From NCBI GenBank assembly GCA_013115125.1, contig JABANN010000394.1:1-33001 (forward strand): a stretch of DNA of 33,001 nucleotides. The letters run 5' to 3'. This DNA comes from Perkinsus olseni. Lineage: Eukaryota. Shown piece after piece: positions 1 through 9,503 of the stretch (positions are counted from its first letter, which is position 1; each line of letters starts with the position of its first letter). The translations under genes and the position numbers were made by a program. Below the pieces are notes generated by a model, which saw only the letters and a list, made by a program, of their open reading frames with translations, did not search any database and was not told the DNA's origin.

Positions 1-639
1 CATCCTCGCGGTCACCGTCCCAGCCGCCAGACCTCCGCAGCTTGCTCCAGCTGCTGTTATACTCTCCTTTGGCGATGACAACAACCTTGTTGGTGTTAGC
101 CTCAACAGGTCTATGACCTTTGGAGAAGACCTGAGTAGGGGGTGTTGTTAGCTGGAGCGCATCGGTCGTCACACAAGCGCTGTCTTCGTGGACACGAGCA
201 GACATTGCGCTGAAGCGTGATCGATATATTGAGCTACAAGCTCAACGATAATTGAACAGATCGTCTATGGCAGATGATGCAGATCCCAGGGGCTGGAAGT
301 AGCCAGCCTGCTGGAGACACAGATTATACGTTAGAGTTGACTCAGATAAGGAATGTATTCAGTTGTGTTGGATCAATTAACGGGAGTCCCTCACTGATAT
401 GCGGTCGGGCGAACCAAACAGTGTCGACCCCCCGGGCGCCTCCCTCGCCATAGAAATTGTCCCGTCGACCTCCAAATACACCGGCACAAATCGACGACCA
501 TCTTCGCACTCGTCACCAAGCGAACCAAGATACAGTCACCCTCCTTGAGTGGGCTCAATGAGTCCACCAGTTCTCGCCTGACTTCTAGATGATAGGGTGA
601 GACCGCGATGGTAGTACCATCATAGTACCGGAAGAGGTA

Positions 640-1115
640 GCACCTAGAGGTCGTAGTCGTGTAGAGAACCCGCCATGCGCCCCAAGTAAATATCCCAGGG
701 CATGTCCATCAGCGATACCATCTGCTTGATCCTCTTCACCCTGACCTCCGATAGCCCATTAGAGAGGGGACTCCACGCCGGGACTGGCAGATATTGAACG
801 GCCGTGGCGGCCAGCGATTGACGCACCACCTCAGAGAGTCTCTCACGATAGCGTATTGGTCTCTGACAGTTCTGTCAGTGACAGAGACCAAAGCGTTATC
901 GGGCATAAGACTTAGCGTAACCCCGAAGTAGGATACCCAACGATCCCGTAACAGTTTCGAGGTGGACTCAGCACCGGTCGAGGGGCACTCGCCACGACGC
1001 AATACCCAGTCGGTGAATCACCGACGGTGATGACCAGGAAAAAAGTCAGCCGACAAGCGGCGACGCTTTCAAGATTCGGGCCTTGAGGGGGATTCGCACT
1101 CCTCAACCCTCTCAT
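640..1115 (-). mobile_element. Degenerate LTR-retrotransposon (Ty3/Gypsy-like) integrase core (rve/DDE) remnant
   Basis: Three frameshifted minus ORFs join to FFLVITD...TGAESTSKLLRDRWVSYFGVTLSLMPDNA...VQYLPVPAWSPLSNGLSEVRVKRIKQ...PWDIYL. This fits the rve pattern LVIVD / W..FG.P..I.SDNG / P.SNG..ER (D, D, E). Removing the scar at 1010-1031 restores the frame at the first Asp. The element probably extends on both sides. Confidence 0.75.
1010..1031. repeat. 22-bp palindromic excision-type scar, X=TCGGTGAT
   Basis: TCGGTGA+ATCACCGA+CGGTGAT, perfect. Confidence 0.9.
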
Positions 1116-1538
1116 TTCTTGAGAACCACTGGAGCAGTCTGGTTACTGTCTCCTGGGAACAGCATAGGCGGCTATGGGGCAACTAACTGCACCAGCGTCT
1201 TGGCGGCTATGACCAATTGCCCCGTTCATTCCTCAGTGCCACTATGGACCTTGACACAGTGGTCATTCCATGGAGTTCATGGCGATCCTCATTTGCTCTG
1301 CAGAGGACACCTTCTTCCTCAGAACGCGGACTCGGTTAACGTGAATTGATCCAAGTGGCTCGATACACTTCGGCGTCCCTGTGGGTTAAAGTAAGTCTCC
1401 ATTACCAAAACTTCGCACGCCCCTTCAGTGGTACGATTCCGCACTATAGGACCGAATGCATCTCACAGCGACGTTTGGCAGTCTAGGAAAGGAGCCTTCT
1501 ACGACTCAGGATGCGATTGAATGCTTTAACGCCTCCTT

Positions 1539-2291
1539 CTAGTGGGCCGAGCCCTCACTCAGGTGCTCGGTTGTGGATCTATAAATCAGGTTGCCAGTAT
1601 ATAGTAAGTTCGCCGAACTTAGTTCGGAGCCTTGACAGTGATGGACAGTGATGTAGTACTTCGGTATCGAAGCGTGTGTATCGCACGACATAGAGTGCGC
1701 GGCCCGATTGCGAGGGATGCTCCAGGCAGATGAAGTTACCAATGTCAGACCATTTCCCACCTCGCCGACACCCCTTGGTGGTGTCGCTCGATTGCATCCT
1801 CGAGCGGACGGGGATTGCTCGGCGTGAGTTATATTTTCATAGGGTCTGCTGCGCTTCCCCATCGGCAATCCCTTCGGCCTCGTTTGTTTCAGCGCCATTC
1901 CGCCGTCGCTCAACGCAAAGATATTAGGGGAGGTGGGGAGCAGCGGGTTCATGATAAACGTTGCGTGGTTATTCACGGGTTCAATATGACGCACTCATTG
2001 TCAGTTACCCTTCTGAACTAATAGACGGTACACCTATTATCAGAATCGCCTTTGGCAGTGCGTTGACAATCTTCGAGGACGTTGATGTGCTTTTCTCGTG
2101 TATCAGGAGGGCCCTGTGTTACAGAGGCTGTGTACCAGCTGAAGGAGGCGACATTGACAATTGGTATGCGCCACGAGACCCAGCTTAAGTTCCAGGCAAC
2201 TACCTTTATTCAGGTCAGCCAGCCACGGTACGCATAATCTGGCTATCACTTTGCGTAGGTCCGTACTCCAATGTATGCATTGGAGTTTCAT
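1539..2291 (-). mobile_element. Possible degenerate MULE/Mutator-like transposase remnant
   Basis: Broken minus frames give KGDSDNRCTVY*FRRVTDNE and FALSDGGMALKQTRPKGLPMGKRSRPYENI. The spacing resembles MULE motifs D.NN...AF..V..E and SD...AL..A....FP......C..H, but key residues are substituted. Confidence 0.35.
1606..1627. repeat. 22-bp scar, X=AAGTTCGG
   Basis: AAGTTCG+CCGAACTT+AGTTCGG, perfect. Confidence 0.9.
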
Positions 2292-2540
2292 CTTTTTTGC
2301 GTGTCAAAGTTTGACAGTCAAATTGCTTCGCGCGAAGTGTTTTCGCGAGAAACGCGACTTGTTGGGTTTCGAGCCTCGAAATTCAAGGACACTTCTCGCC
2401 ATAGCGCATGCGTGAAAACGCTAACGAGATCTCGGGTGTCCCGCGTCACGCGGAGTGTTGAACGCGTTTAGAGCAGAAGGCTTGGATGTGAAAATACTAG
2501 GTCTTCGCGACGAGGGGGCGGGACTTGCGCTTGTGTGTTG

Positions 2541-2562
2541 CTCCTCAGTGAGGAGTCCTCAC
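2541..2562. repeat. 22-bp scar, X=CTCCTCAC
   Basis: CTCCTCA+GTGAGGAG+TCCTCAC, perfect. Confidence 0.9.
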
Positions 2563-2675
2563 GCCTAGCAGTATATTGAATCCCGGAATCCATGCGGGGA
2601 TTCAGGTCGTTGTCGTCGTATATGACACGCCCGCTGTAACAATGATAGCCCGATGCAGGCGCACAGGTCGGGCGA

Positions 2676-2697
2676 GTGGGAACTTCCCACTGGGAAG
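2676..2697. repeat. 22-bp scar, X=GTGGGAAG
   Basis: GTGGGAA+CTTCCCAC+TGGGAAG, perfect. Confidence 0.9.
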
Positions 2698-3082
2698 ATT
2701 ACCCGCGAGGCTGTCTCGGCAGGACGGTTTTGCAGCAGTCTACTGCCTCAAGCTGCTGCAGTATCAAAGCTGAGTACATATTGGGTGCTTTGTAGGAACT
2801 CCGACGTAGGCTGGCTCGTCAGGATTCGTGCCTTCACCCACGCGACTAGGGTTCGTGTCCCTGTATCGGGAAGTGAGTATATTTATCGTGCATCGGGCAA
2901 CGGAAGGAATTCATAGCGCAAGCCCGATAGAGTAGAGTCTACCCGGTGGGCCCCGCTCCCCCTGGGCAATTTTGGTGCCATGCGATGGACTGTGGCTTCT
3001 TTCAAGATCCAATATTCAGCAGTGGGTGAAGGGTTGTTTCAGTCGTATCCTCCCCTTGATGGAAAAGCCTAGCATTCTAGCA

Positions 3083-3155
3083 GGGGGACTAGCTCAAATG
3101 GTAGAGCGCTCGCTTAGCAAGCGAGAGGCACCGGGATCGATGCCCGGGTTCTCCA
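3083..3155 (+). tRNA. tRNA-Ala (anticodon AGC)
   Basis: Acceptor stem GGGGGAC/GTTCTCC+A, D arm AGCTCAAATGGTAGAGC, anticodon arm CTCGC-TT AGC AA-GCGAG, eukaryotic Ala-type T loop CCGGGATCGATGCCCGG, followed by TTTT (Pol III terminator). Confidence 0.97.
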
Positions 3156-3220
3156 TTTTCTTCCGTCTATCCCGACGCAGGCTCGACTCCGCCGGTAGTC
3201 CTTCTCTGAAGGCACTAAGT

Positions 3221-3242
3221 CACAGAGCCTCTGTGACAGAGG
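3221..3242. repeat. 22-bp scar, X=CACAGAGG
   Basis: CACAGAG+CCTCTGTG+ACAGAGG, perfect. Confidence 0.9.
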
Positions 3243-3508
3243 CTCCACTGCATCGTTCTCGTGCACATCTACGGTCAATGCCTCGTGTGTAGTCTACACA
3301 GTGTGGACCGTCTGATCATTACGGATACTCGATCCGTAAGTGTTTCAATCTGCGCCTTCGATCATTCTCTGGATCCAAACACGCCCACCCTCTATCCCAG
3401 ACAGTAGGCGATGATACGTAAGATACGGTCCATTAATAACTCGATCGGGTCTCCGTCAGTCGCTTCATCCTCGGAGACCACCGCATTCCTGAATAAACTG
3501 ACGCTCCC

Positions 3509-3561
3509 TTGCACTAGCCCCAACTAGCTTGCACTAGCTCCAACTAGCTTGCACTAGCTTG
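3509..3561. repeat. Short tandem repeat, 20-bp unit x about 2.5 (TTGCACTAGCYCCAACTAGC)
   Basis: Directly visible tandem units built from ACTAGC subunits. Confidence 0.8.
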
Positions 3562-3710
3562 AGTTCCTCTGGCACATGTTCCAGTGTTCTCGCCTCGCTG
3601 CCTGAGGCTCGCGTCACAATGAGTGAATGCCAACACTACCCATCATGTCAGGGAGTATGAAAAGGCCGTAGATTTGGATGTATTGACGATGATGAAAAAA
3701 AATGAGAAAA

Positions 3711-6121
3711 TTACCGAGCTCGTTCGAACATTTGCAGCTCAAAGTCCTTAGGCCCGTAAGTGAACGTGACCTCACCACGAACATTCGCTGGTGAATGACT
3801 GTTTTTAACGTCGTCAAAATGCCTAAGGATGAGGGTTATTATTGTCATGGCCTCCTTGATGGCCATATTCTGCCCGGGGCATTGACGAGGTCCCCCGCCG
3901 AATGCGAGATGGTCACGAACTCGGCCTTGGTCTATCTCAGAGCTATCAGGGATGAACCATCTCTCTGGCCTGAGAACGCAGCCGACCTTGTGGGAACTCT
4001 TTTGAAACTTGAGATGCGCGACAGTCGAATCGATGATTTACTTGAAGGTTGTGCCGCCCTGAGAATGCGCCATCATCGCTTTACGCTGTAGCGTGATCAC
4101 GACAGTCCCAGGGGGAATAGGCTTTCCAACGAGAAAAGTATCGCGGACACACTCATGGAGAAGAACCACACCCGGAGGTTGCAGCTGAAGAGAAAAGAGA
4201 GTATTGTTACAATGAGTTCATCAGAACTCACTCTGAGGGTCTCGAGTATGCAGCACTCAACGTAGGCTAGCCTGTTGAGGTCCGCTATCGTCTTGGGGTC
4301 ATGGCCGAGAGCATCCACCTCGGCCCTGGCCTTAGCTTGGATGTGGGGGTTGAAAGACAGATAGTAGAGGCACCACGATACTGCCATAGCTGTTGTATCA
4401 CTACCAGCGATCAAGAACCTGACGCGTATATAGATAGACCCCCAGTGGTTTAATAGTCATAAAATGCACACTGTCAGAGCTTTTTCGAGAAGTTTGTTCC
4501 TTTGAGAGGCATAAGGAAGCGAATTGGTAGCTACGGCTCACGTGATGAGGTTCCCCCGCAAGTCTTCTTCGTCCAGGTGAAGCAGCTTGTCCAGCAAGTC
4601 GCGTCGTTCCACTCGTCTCCCTGCTTGTTGCTCAGCCCGTCTAGCGCCAATGATTTCATCGCACAAGCTGTTAAGTCGCCTCACTCCTGTATGAAGCTGA
4701 TCAAAGGATGAGCTCAGATCGCTAAATGAGAAGCAGAGACGTACCTTCTTAATCATCAGATTGAGGTTCCAGCCTGGAACGCGGGACAGATTCCCCTGGA
4801 ACTTCCAGGGGAATCTGTCCCGCGTCATCCATGGAAAAGCGCTGAGCTGTGCGACGTAACCCGCGCCGGCCATAGCGTCGGCTATCGCTTGCTGAACCTC
4901 GTTGTAACGATAGCCGAGGGATATACCTAAAGTTAGAGACATATGCTGGTATCGGATAACATCGGCACAGGGATGCGGCACAGGAAATTATTCCTGAATA
5001 CCAGAGCCTCAGGTTAATCCGAAACGTATCGTGGGTCACGAAGGCCAATCAGATCAACTTGATATCTTGTCGCTGGTTGCGGAAAACAAGTTGGAAAGCC
5101 CTGTGTCCAGAAAATATGCAACGGTCTCGTACCGAGCTGAAAGGTGAGTCTTCGTGTTGCGGAATCCAAAATGGTATGCAGTTGAAGTGCAGCTGGACGT
5201 CATTGCCAAACCGAGCCAGGATACCCTGCTCACTGTCCGGGTTCAAGAAATTGTAGTCGTTCCCCAAGGTGGTAACACATAAGACATCGAGAGTACAGAG
5301 GGGAAGCCATTCTGTGGGCCGCCAAACAATACGGCCGGTCTGGCTGAGGGACTTCAACTGACGTACCTGAATATCCGGAGGTGGAGGGAAGACGGAGATT
5401 GGCAGCCTACCAGCTTCAATGCAACGTCGGACATATCGGGTACCATGGCGTCCGAGTTGTTGTCGTTGAAGGCCGGGGCACCCAACCGTCTGTTCCGCTT
5501 CCACTCTTCACCCTACGTATTGAACATCCCAGGGATTGGCATTATTTTGTGTTTGTTGAAAGATCTGATGTAGGTCTTCGGGCGCTCATCCTGGACTTGA
5601 CGGATGAGCTCAGGTTCGGAAACGACTACCACGTCCATGCGAGTGACCCTGAGCAGAAAGCTGGCTACCATGCTGGCACCACGAGAGTATTCGCTCGTAC
5701 CTGAGGCAGATGATAGAGCCATTGAGCACAGAAGCTTGGGCTCTAACTTGATATGGTATAAACCACCGTACGTGTCCGCGTAGATCTCCAAAGCATGGCA
5801 GAGATGATCCAACGATTTCGGTACGAAGCCCAGGATAGGGAGGAACTGCGAGAGACCAGAGGCGAGATCACAGAAAAGCTTTGAACGATAGTCCAGATTC
5901 CAAGTCAGTATAGAGTGCAGGGCAAAAGCTATGAGACTCACTCTATTAGGCCCGCCGAAGAGTGCGTGGAGGTCCACCTTCGCTCTTTGTACTAGCTTCA
6001 ATAATACCTTCAGAGCCAGAACTGAAGCTACACCGGTCACGATGATAACAGCTCTGTGCGACTGAAAAATTGATTGACATTGTTTCGCGACGTCGAGCGC
6101 CGTACCGACCAGGGATGCCAT
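3711..6121 (-). pseudogene. Cytochrome P450 copy A, 9 exons, one in-frame TAG (probable pseudogene or null allele)
   Basis: N-terminal anchor MASLVGTALDV..., I-helix AGSDTT, K-helix ETLR, PERW, heme motif FGGGPRQCPG, stop TAA at 3711-3713. All GT-AG sites align with copy B. TAG at 5513-5515 stands where the paralogues have GAG (Glu). Exon 5 carries a 36-nt in-frame palindromic insertion. Confidence 0.88.
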
Positions 6122-7419
6122 TTTTATGTAAGCTGGGAGCATGACTCTTATTTCTGAGGTCTCTCATGTCGAAAGGTTCGGCTTCACGGCTCGACACGCC
6201 TACAGCTAGTCCGTCTCAGCAAGCAAGCTTGCTGGCGTACACCTGCAGGACCTCTTCAATTCGCTTTCTCGCTGCGCCTTTCTTTCTCACCCTCGCACGT
6301 GGGACTGTCTCTTTCGTTCACTCATCTTATGCTCGTTCTCTTGAGCACAATAAGGGCGATACGATCTCCGAGGGGCTTCATGCACCACAGAGCAGCGAGG
6401 GCTGTTGCGGAGCTTGCTATATCGTACACTTAGCTCCTATGGAACCCTCGATGTCCACCGGACTTCTACTACGCATGTCGCTGGGAAGCTGTCTATCTCC
6501 TCGGGGTCGCACGCGCCATGGTATGTCTGACACGGTTTTGCTTCGTGCGGGCTAGCAACGATCACGCTTGATCGACTTCTGGTTCCCCAGTGTTAGTCTC
6601 AGCAGGGTCGACATTATGATGGCTGTCTATCAACCAATTACATTGGCAAGGCAACGCGGTCCAGATGCTCGACTCTCGGGTGACCGGTAGACATCTGTCT
6701 ACGTTCGGCGTCACGATCGATGGCCTCCTGCCGGACTACTCGTGACATTCACGCCGAGTTCTTTTGTTGCCATGGTATGAATTCCATACTATGGAACAAC
6801 CATGTGAATGTTTGAGAAACTTTCTCAAATATTCACATGGTTGTGAGGTGCGGTTCACAGTCACGGTGTTGTGGTTCACATGGCATAGCATATTTTCTCA
6901 GAGGAAGACCTACTTCGACTAGGTATGACGAAACGGTGTATAATATGGTATGATTCACTCGTTCAACCGCTTAACTCAAGTCGGCGATTTCTTCATCGAT
7001 CGACACTTTGACACGCTTGGACTATTTCAAGCCGGCTTAGGCTGGTGGGAGAGTGTAAGATTTGTAAACTGAAGGTTGGTGGTTCGGACCTGCCATCCGA
7101 CTAGTATCGCTGTATAGAGCCATAGAGAATTCTGGAGGATTGATCATCGATGTCTCGATCCATGAGCCGGATTTGTCTTTCAGAGACGATACTCGTTCAG
7201 GCGGCGCAGGCGTCAGTTCTGCGCCGACAGCTGGGAAAGCACGACGCCGAGGCGACATCATCGACCGCGCGCAGCAGCTAGCTTATATCAGGACGATACG
7301 ATTTTAACGTCAGTCCATTCCCCCTATTTGCAGGGTATGAAGTCTTTCTCTATTATTGTTCTTTATTACCCGCGGGCCCGCTCAAGGGACCCTTTTTAAG
7401 TGGGGAGAGGAGGGGAGAC

Positions 7420-7795
7420 TCTGCTCGATTGTCCATTTTGCATCACTCCCATCATCGGATGATCATCCCCCTAGATGGCGGAGCTCTTCTTCGCGCCAGC
7501 TCACTTCTCGTTGGAGATTTCCAATCCCGTCACTTAGCCTATGCCTTCATGAGAAGCAATAGCATTTTGGGCCACTGGGTCTTGGTGTCATGGGATACAA
7601 CGTTCCAGCCAGTGACCTCGGGAGACTCCCCGATGGTTCCCGATTATCGTTTTGTTCCCTAAGAAACCATCCACTGTGCGCTCCAGTACAGCGTCTCTGC
7701 GTGTATTTCCCACGGCCTGCACTCTTGCTTCGGGCAGCCCGTGCAGATGGGCACCTGGCCACCGTATGGCATCTTTGGATAAGGGATGCCATACT
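7420..7795 (+). mobile_element. Degenerate non-LTR retrotransposon (LINE) APE-type endonuclease fragment
   Basis: LLVGDFQSRHLAY...WDTTFQPVTSGDSPMVPDYRFV, then in another frame ADGHLATVW, resembling the APE motifs GDFN..H / TF....S.IDY.F / SDH. Contains stops and frameshifts. Confidence 0.5.
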
Positions 7796-7871
7796 CAGGC
7801 CCTGAGTCTCAGAGACCCTGTGGGAGGATTACTCCTTCGAGATGTGGAGCTCGAGACTCGTTTCTATCTCG

Positions 7872-7900
7872 CTGCGCAGGTTCGAATGCTGTCACTGTCG
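7872..7900 (+). pseudogene. tRNA-Ser 3' remnant (array unit 1)
   Basis: CTGCGCAGGTTCGAATGCTGTCACTGTCG aligns with the T arm and acceptor end of the intact tRNA-Ser and is followed by the same spacer GTTGTTCGTATTGGAGGAATTCA. Confidence 0.7.
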
Positions 7901-7966
7901 GTTGTTCGTATTGGAGGAATTCACCCCGCATCTTTCGGTCCCTACTGAACGAGAAGCTCAAAATAT

Positions 7967-8048
7967 GCCAGGGCGTTCGCTTGGTTGAGGAGGTAGAATC
8001 GAAACTCGCTGGGTACAACCCGGGCAGCTTCGAATCCTTCCGCTATCG
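7967..8048 (+). pseudogene. Degenerate tRNA-Ser(CGA) pseudogene (array unit 2)
   Basis: Colinear with 8230-8311 (TGGTTGAGGAGGTAGAAT CGA AA...GCAGCTTCGAATCCTTCCGCTATCG) with broken stems and the same downstream spacer. Confidence 0.75.
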
Positions 8049-8113
8049 GTGTTCATATTGGAAAAATTCATTCTGCATCTTTCGGTGTTCATTGAGCCAG
8101 GATTTTGGAACGT

Positions 8114-8185
8114 GACAGCGTGCCCGAGTGGCTAAGCAAGTAGACTAGAAATGCAGAAGGCTCGCCCTGCGCGAGCGTGCCGCTG
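8114..8185 (+). pseudogene. Degenerate tRNA-Ser(AGA) pseudogene lacking the T arm (array unit 3)
   Basis: GACAGCGTGCCCGAGTGGCTAAG...GTAGACT AGA AA...GGCTCGCCCTGCGC...TGCCGCTG; the T loop is deleted. Confidence 0.75.
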
Positions 8186-8229
8186 GTTTCGTTTCTTCCG
8201 GTCCTCATTGGGCCGGCTTTACGGAACAT

Positions 8230-8311
8230 GACAGCGTGTCCGAGTGGTTAAGGAGGTGGACTCGAAATCCACTAGGCTCAGCCTGCGCAGGTTCAAATCC
8301 TGCCGCTGTCG
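8230..8311 (+). tRNA. tRNA-Ser (anticodon CGA)
   Basis: Acceptor GACAGCG/CGCTGTC with G discriminator, D loop CCGAGTGGTTAAGG, anticodon arm GTGGA-CT CGA AA-TCCAC, long variable arm AGGC-TCA-GCCT, T arm GCAGG-TTCAAAT-CCTGC. Confidence 0.96.
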
Positions 8312-9258
8312 GGTTGTCGTACTGGAGGAATTCATTCTGTATATCCCGATTTCTGTCGGTTCAAACTAGGTAAAGACTCGACTTTTACAGCAGTGGAACA
8401 GAGCGGAAATTTGCAAGTTTGCCGGGTTGCTGGATTCATCGGATGGAATTCGTCTTCGTGAATATATTCTATGGTCTGAGTATGTTGCCCGATGTATACA
8501 GCACTTCCGTGACGGAAATGTCCGGGTTGAGGGTACTCAATGAACGGGTCGAACTTCGATTGGGTCACGGAGTCTGTGGAACAGGCGACGCATAACATGA
8601 GTTGGATTTGCACTGGTCAATCTTGACCGTGTATTGTCAAGCCTGGTTGTGATTCTGTTTTTCTTGCTTGCGATATTTTTGCGAGAGCGAATCTTCCCCT
8701 TGTCAGTTTGAACTTGAGGTGGAATCCATATCTACTTAATCCGTTACCCTTCCGTTCCAGGCGATGGGTGGTAGGCCAGCAAGCCTGTGGCGCGCGCCAA
8801 AACAGGAGCTGGGTGCCACGGGCTTGTCTGGCTTGTGCGAAGGTTGCCCAGCAGGTTGCTGGCAGCGACGCAACGCACCGCCTGTGTGGGCGGGTGGTAA
8901 AAAACAACTGCTCAGCTGTGAGCTTATATCCGCTACTAGCGGCTTTCTACGGCCGGGTTTGCAGGTGACCGGGTCACCCTAGCAGCTTCTAGCTGAGCCT
9001 CTCTCACCGGCCGTAAATTTAGAATGATCATCATCCGTGGTGTTGACGTATCTGAGATGAGACAAACTTGGACTTGACATCGATATAACGCCATCGTGAT
9101 AACAGCCCGGTAACATACCTTTGATCCTGTAGCAGGATGCGGTCGCACTGTCTAACAACATGCCCATGGACGAAAGATTTGAGTGACTCACTGAGTGTAC
9201 ACCGTGTACACTCTGTAACAGTGAGAGCCGACCTAGTGACGATTATTCGCTGTTTCCA

Positions 9259-9280
9259 TGCCATACTATGGCAGCCATAG
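9259..9280. repeat. 22-bp scar, X=TGCCATAG
   Basis: TGCCATA+CTATGGCA+GCCATAG, perfect. Confidence 0.9.
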
Positions 9281-9503
9281 AGCTACTTCTTGTCGCTATT
9301 GGTCTTGCCTCGCGGTGACTGGTGCGTCAAGTTACAGTGTCACATCAAGCTTGAAGCCTTAATAGGCTCGCTGACTCATATTTCCTTACGATAGGAATTT
9401 AGCCATGATAGGTGACACGAGCCCATTGTCAACGCTACTCAGAGCCGAAAGAAAAGGAGTGGATGTGCAAGCAAACCGAACATGGGTAAAAAGGACTAAG
9501 CGA

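Noticed and set aside
2520-2985. U4-like snRNA (CTTGCGCTTG start, AATTTTGG Sm-like site)
   Set aside because: The motifs are about 440 bp apart and the internal U4 motifs are absent.
5513-5515. TAG-to-Glu codon reassignment or programmed readthrough
   Set aside because: Copies B and D use TAG as their true stop, and no other in-frame stops occur in intact genes. A point mutation is simpler.
7872-8345. CRISPR-like repeat-spacer array
   Set aside because: The variable parts are homologous tRNA-Ser copies, the context is eukaryotic, and no cas genes are visible.
8786-8870. SRP (7SL) RNA suggested by GTGGCGCGCGCC
   Set aside because: No UGU(NR) Alu turn motif and no recognisable helix 8 with a GNRA loop and AGCAG motif.
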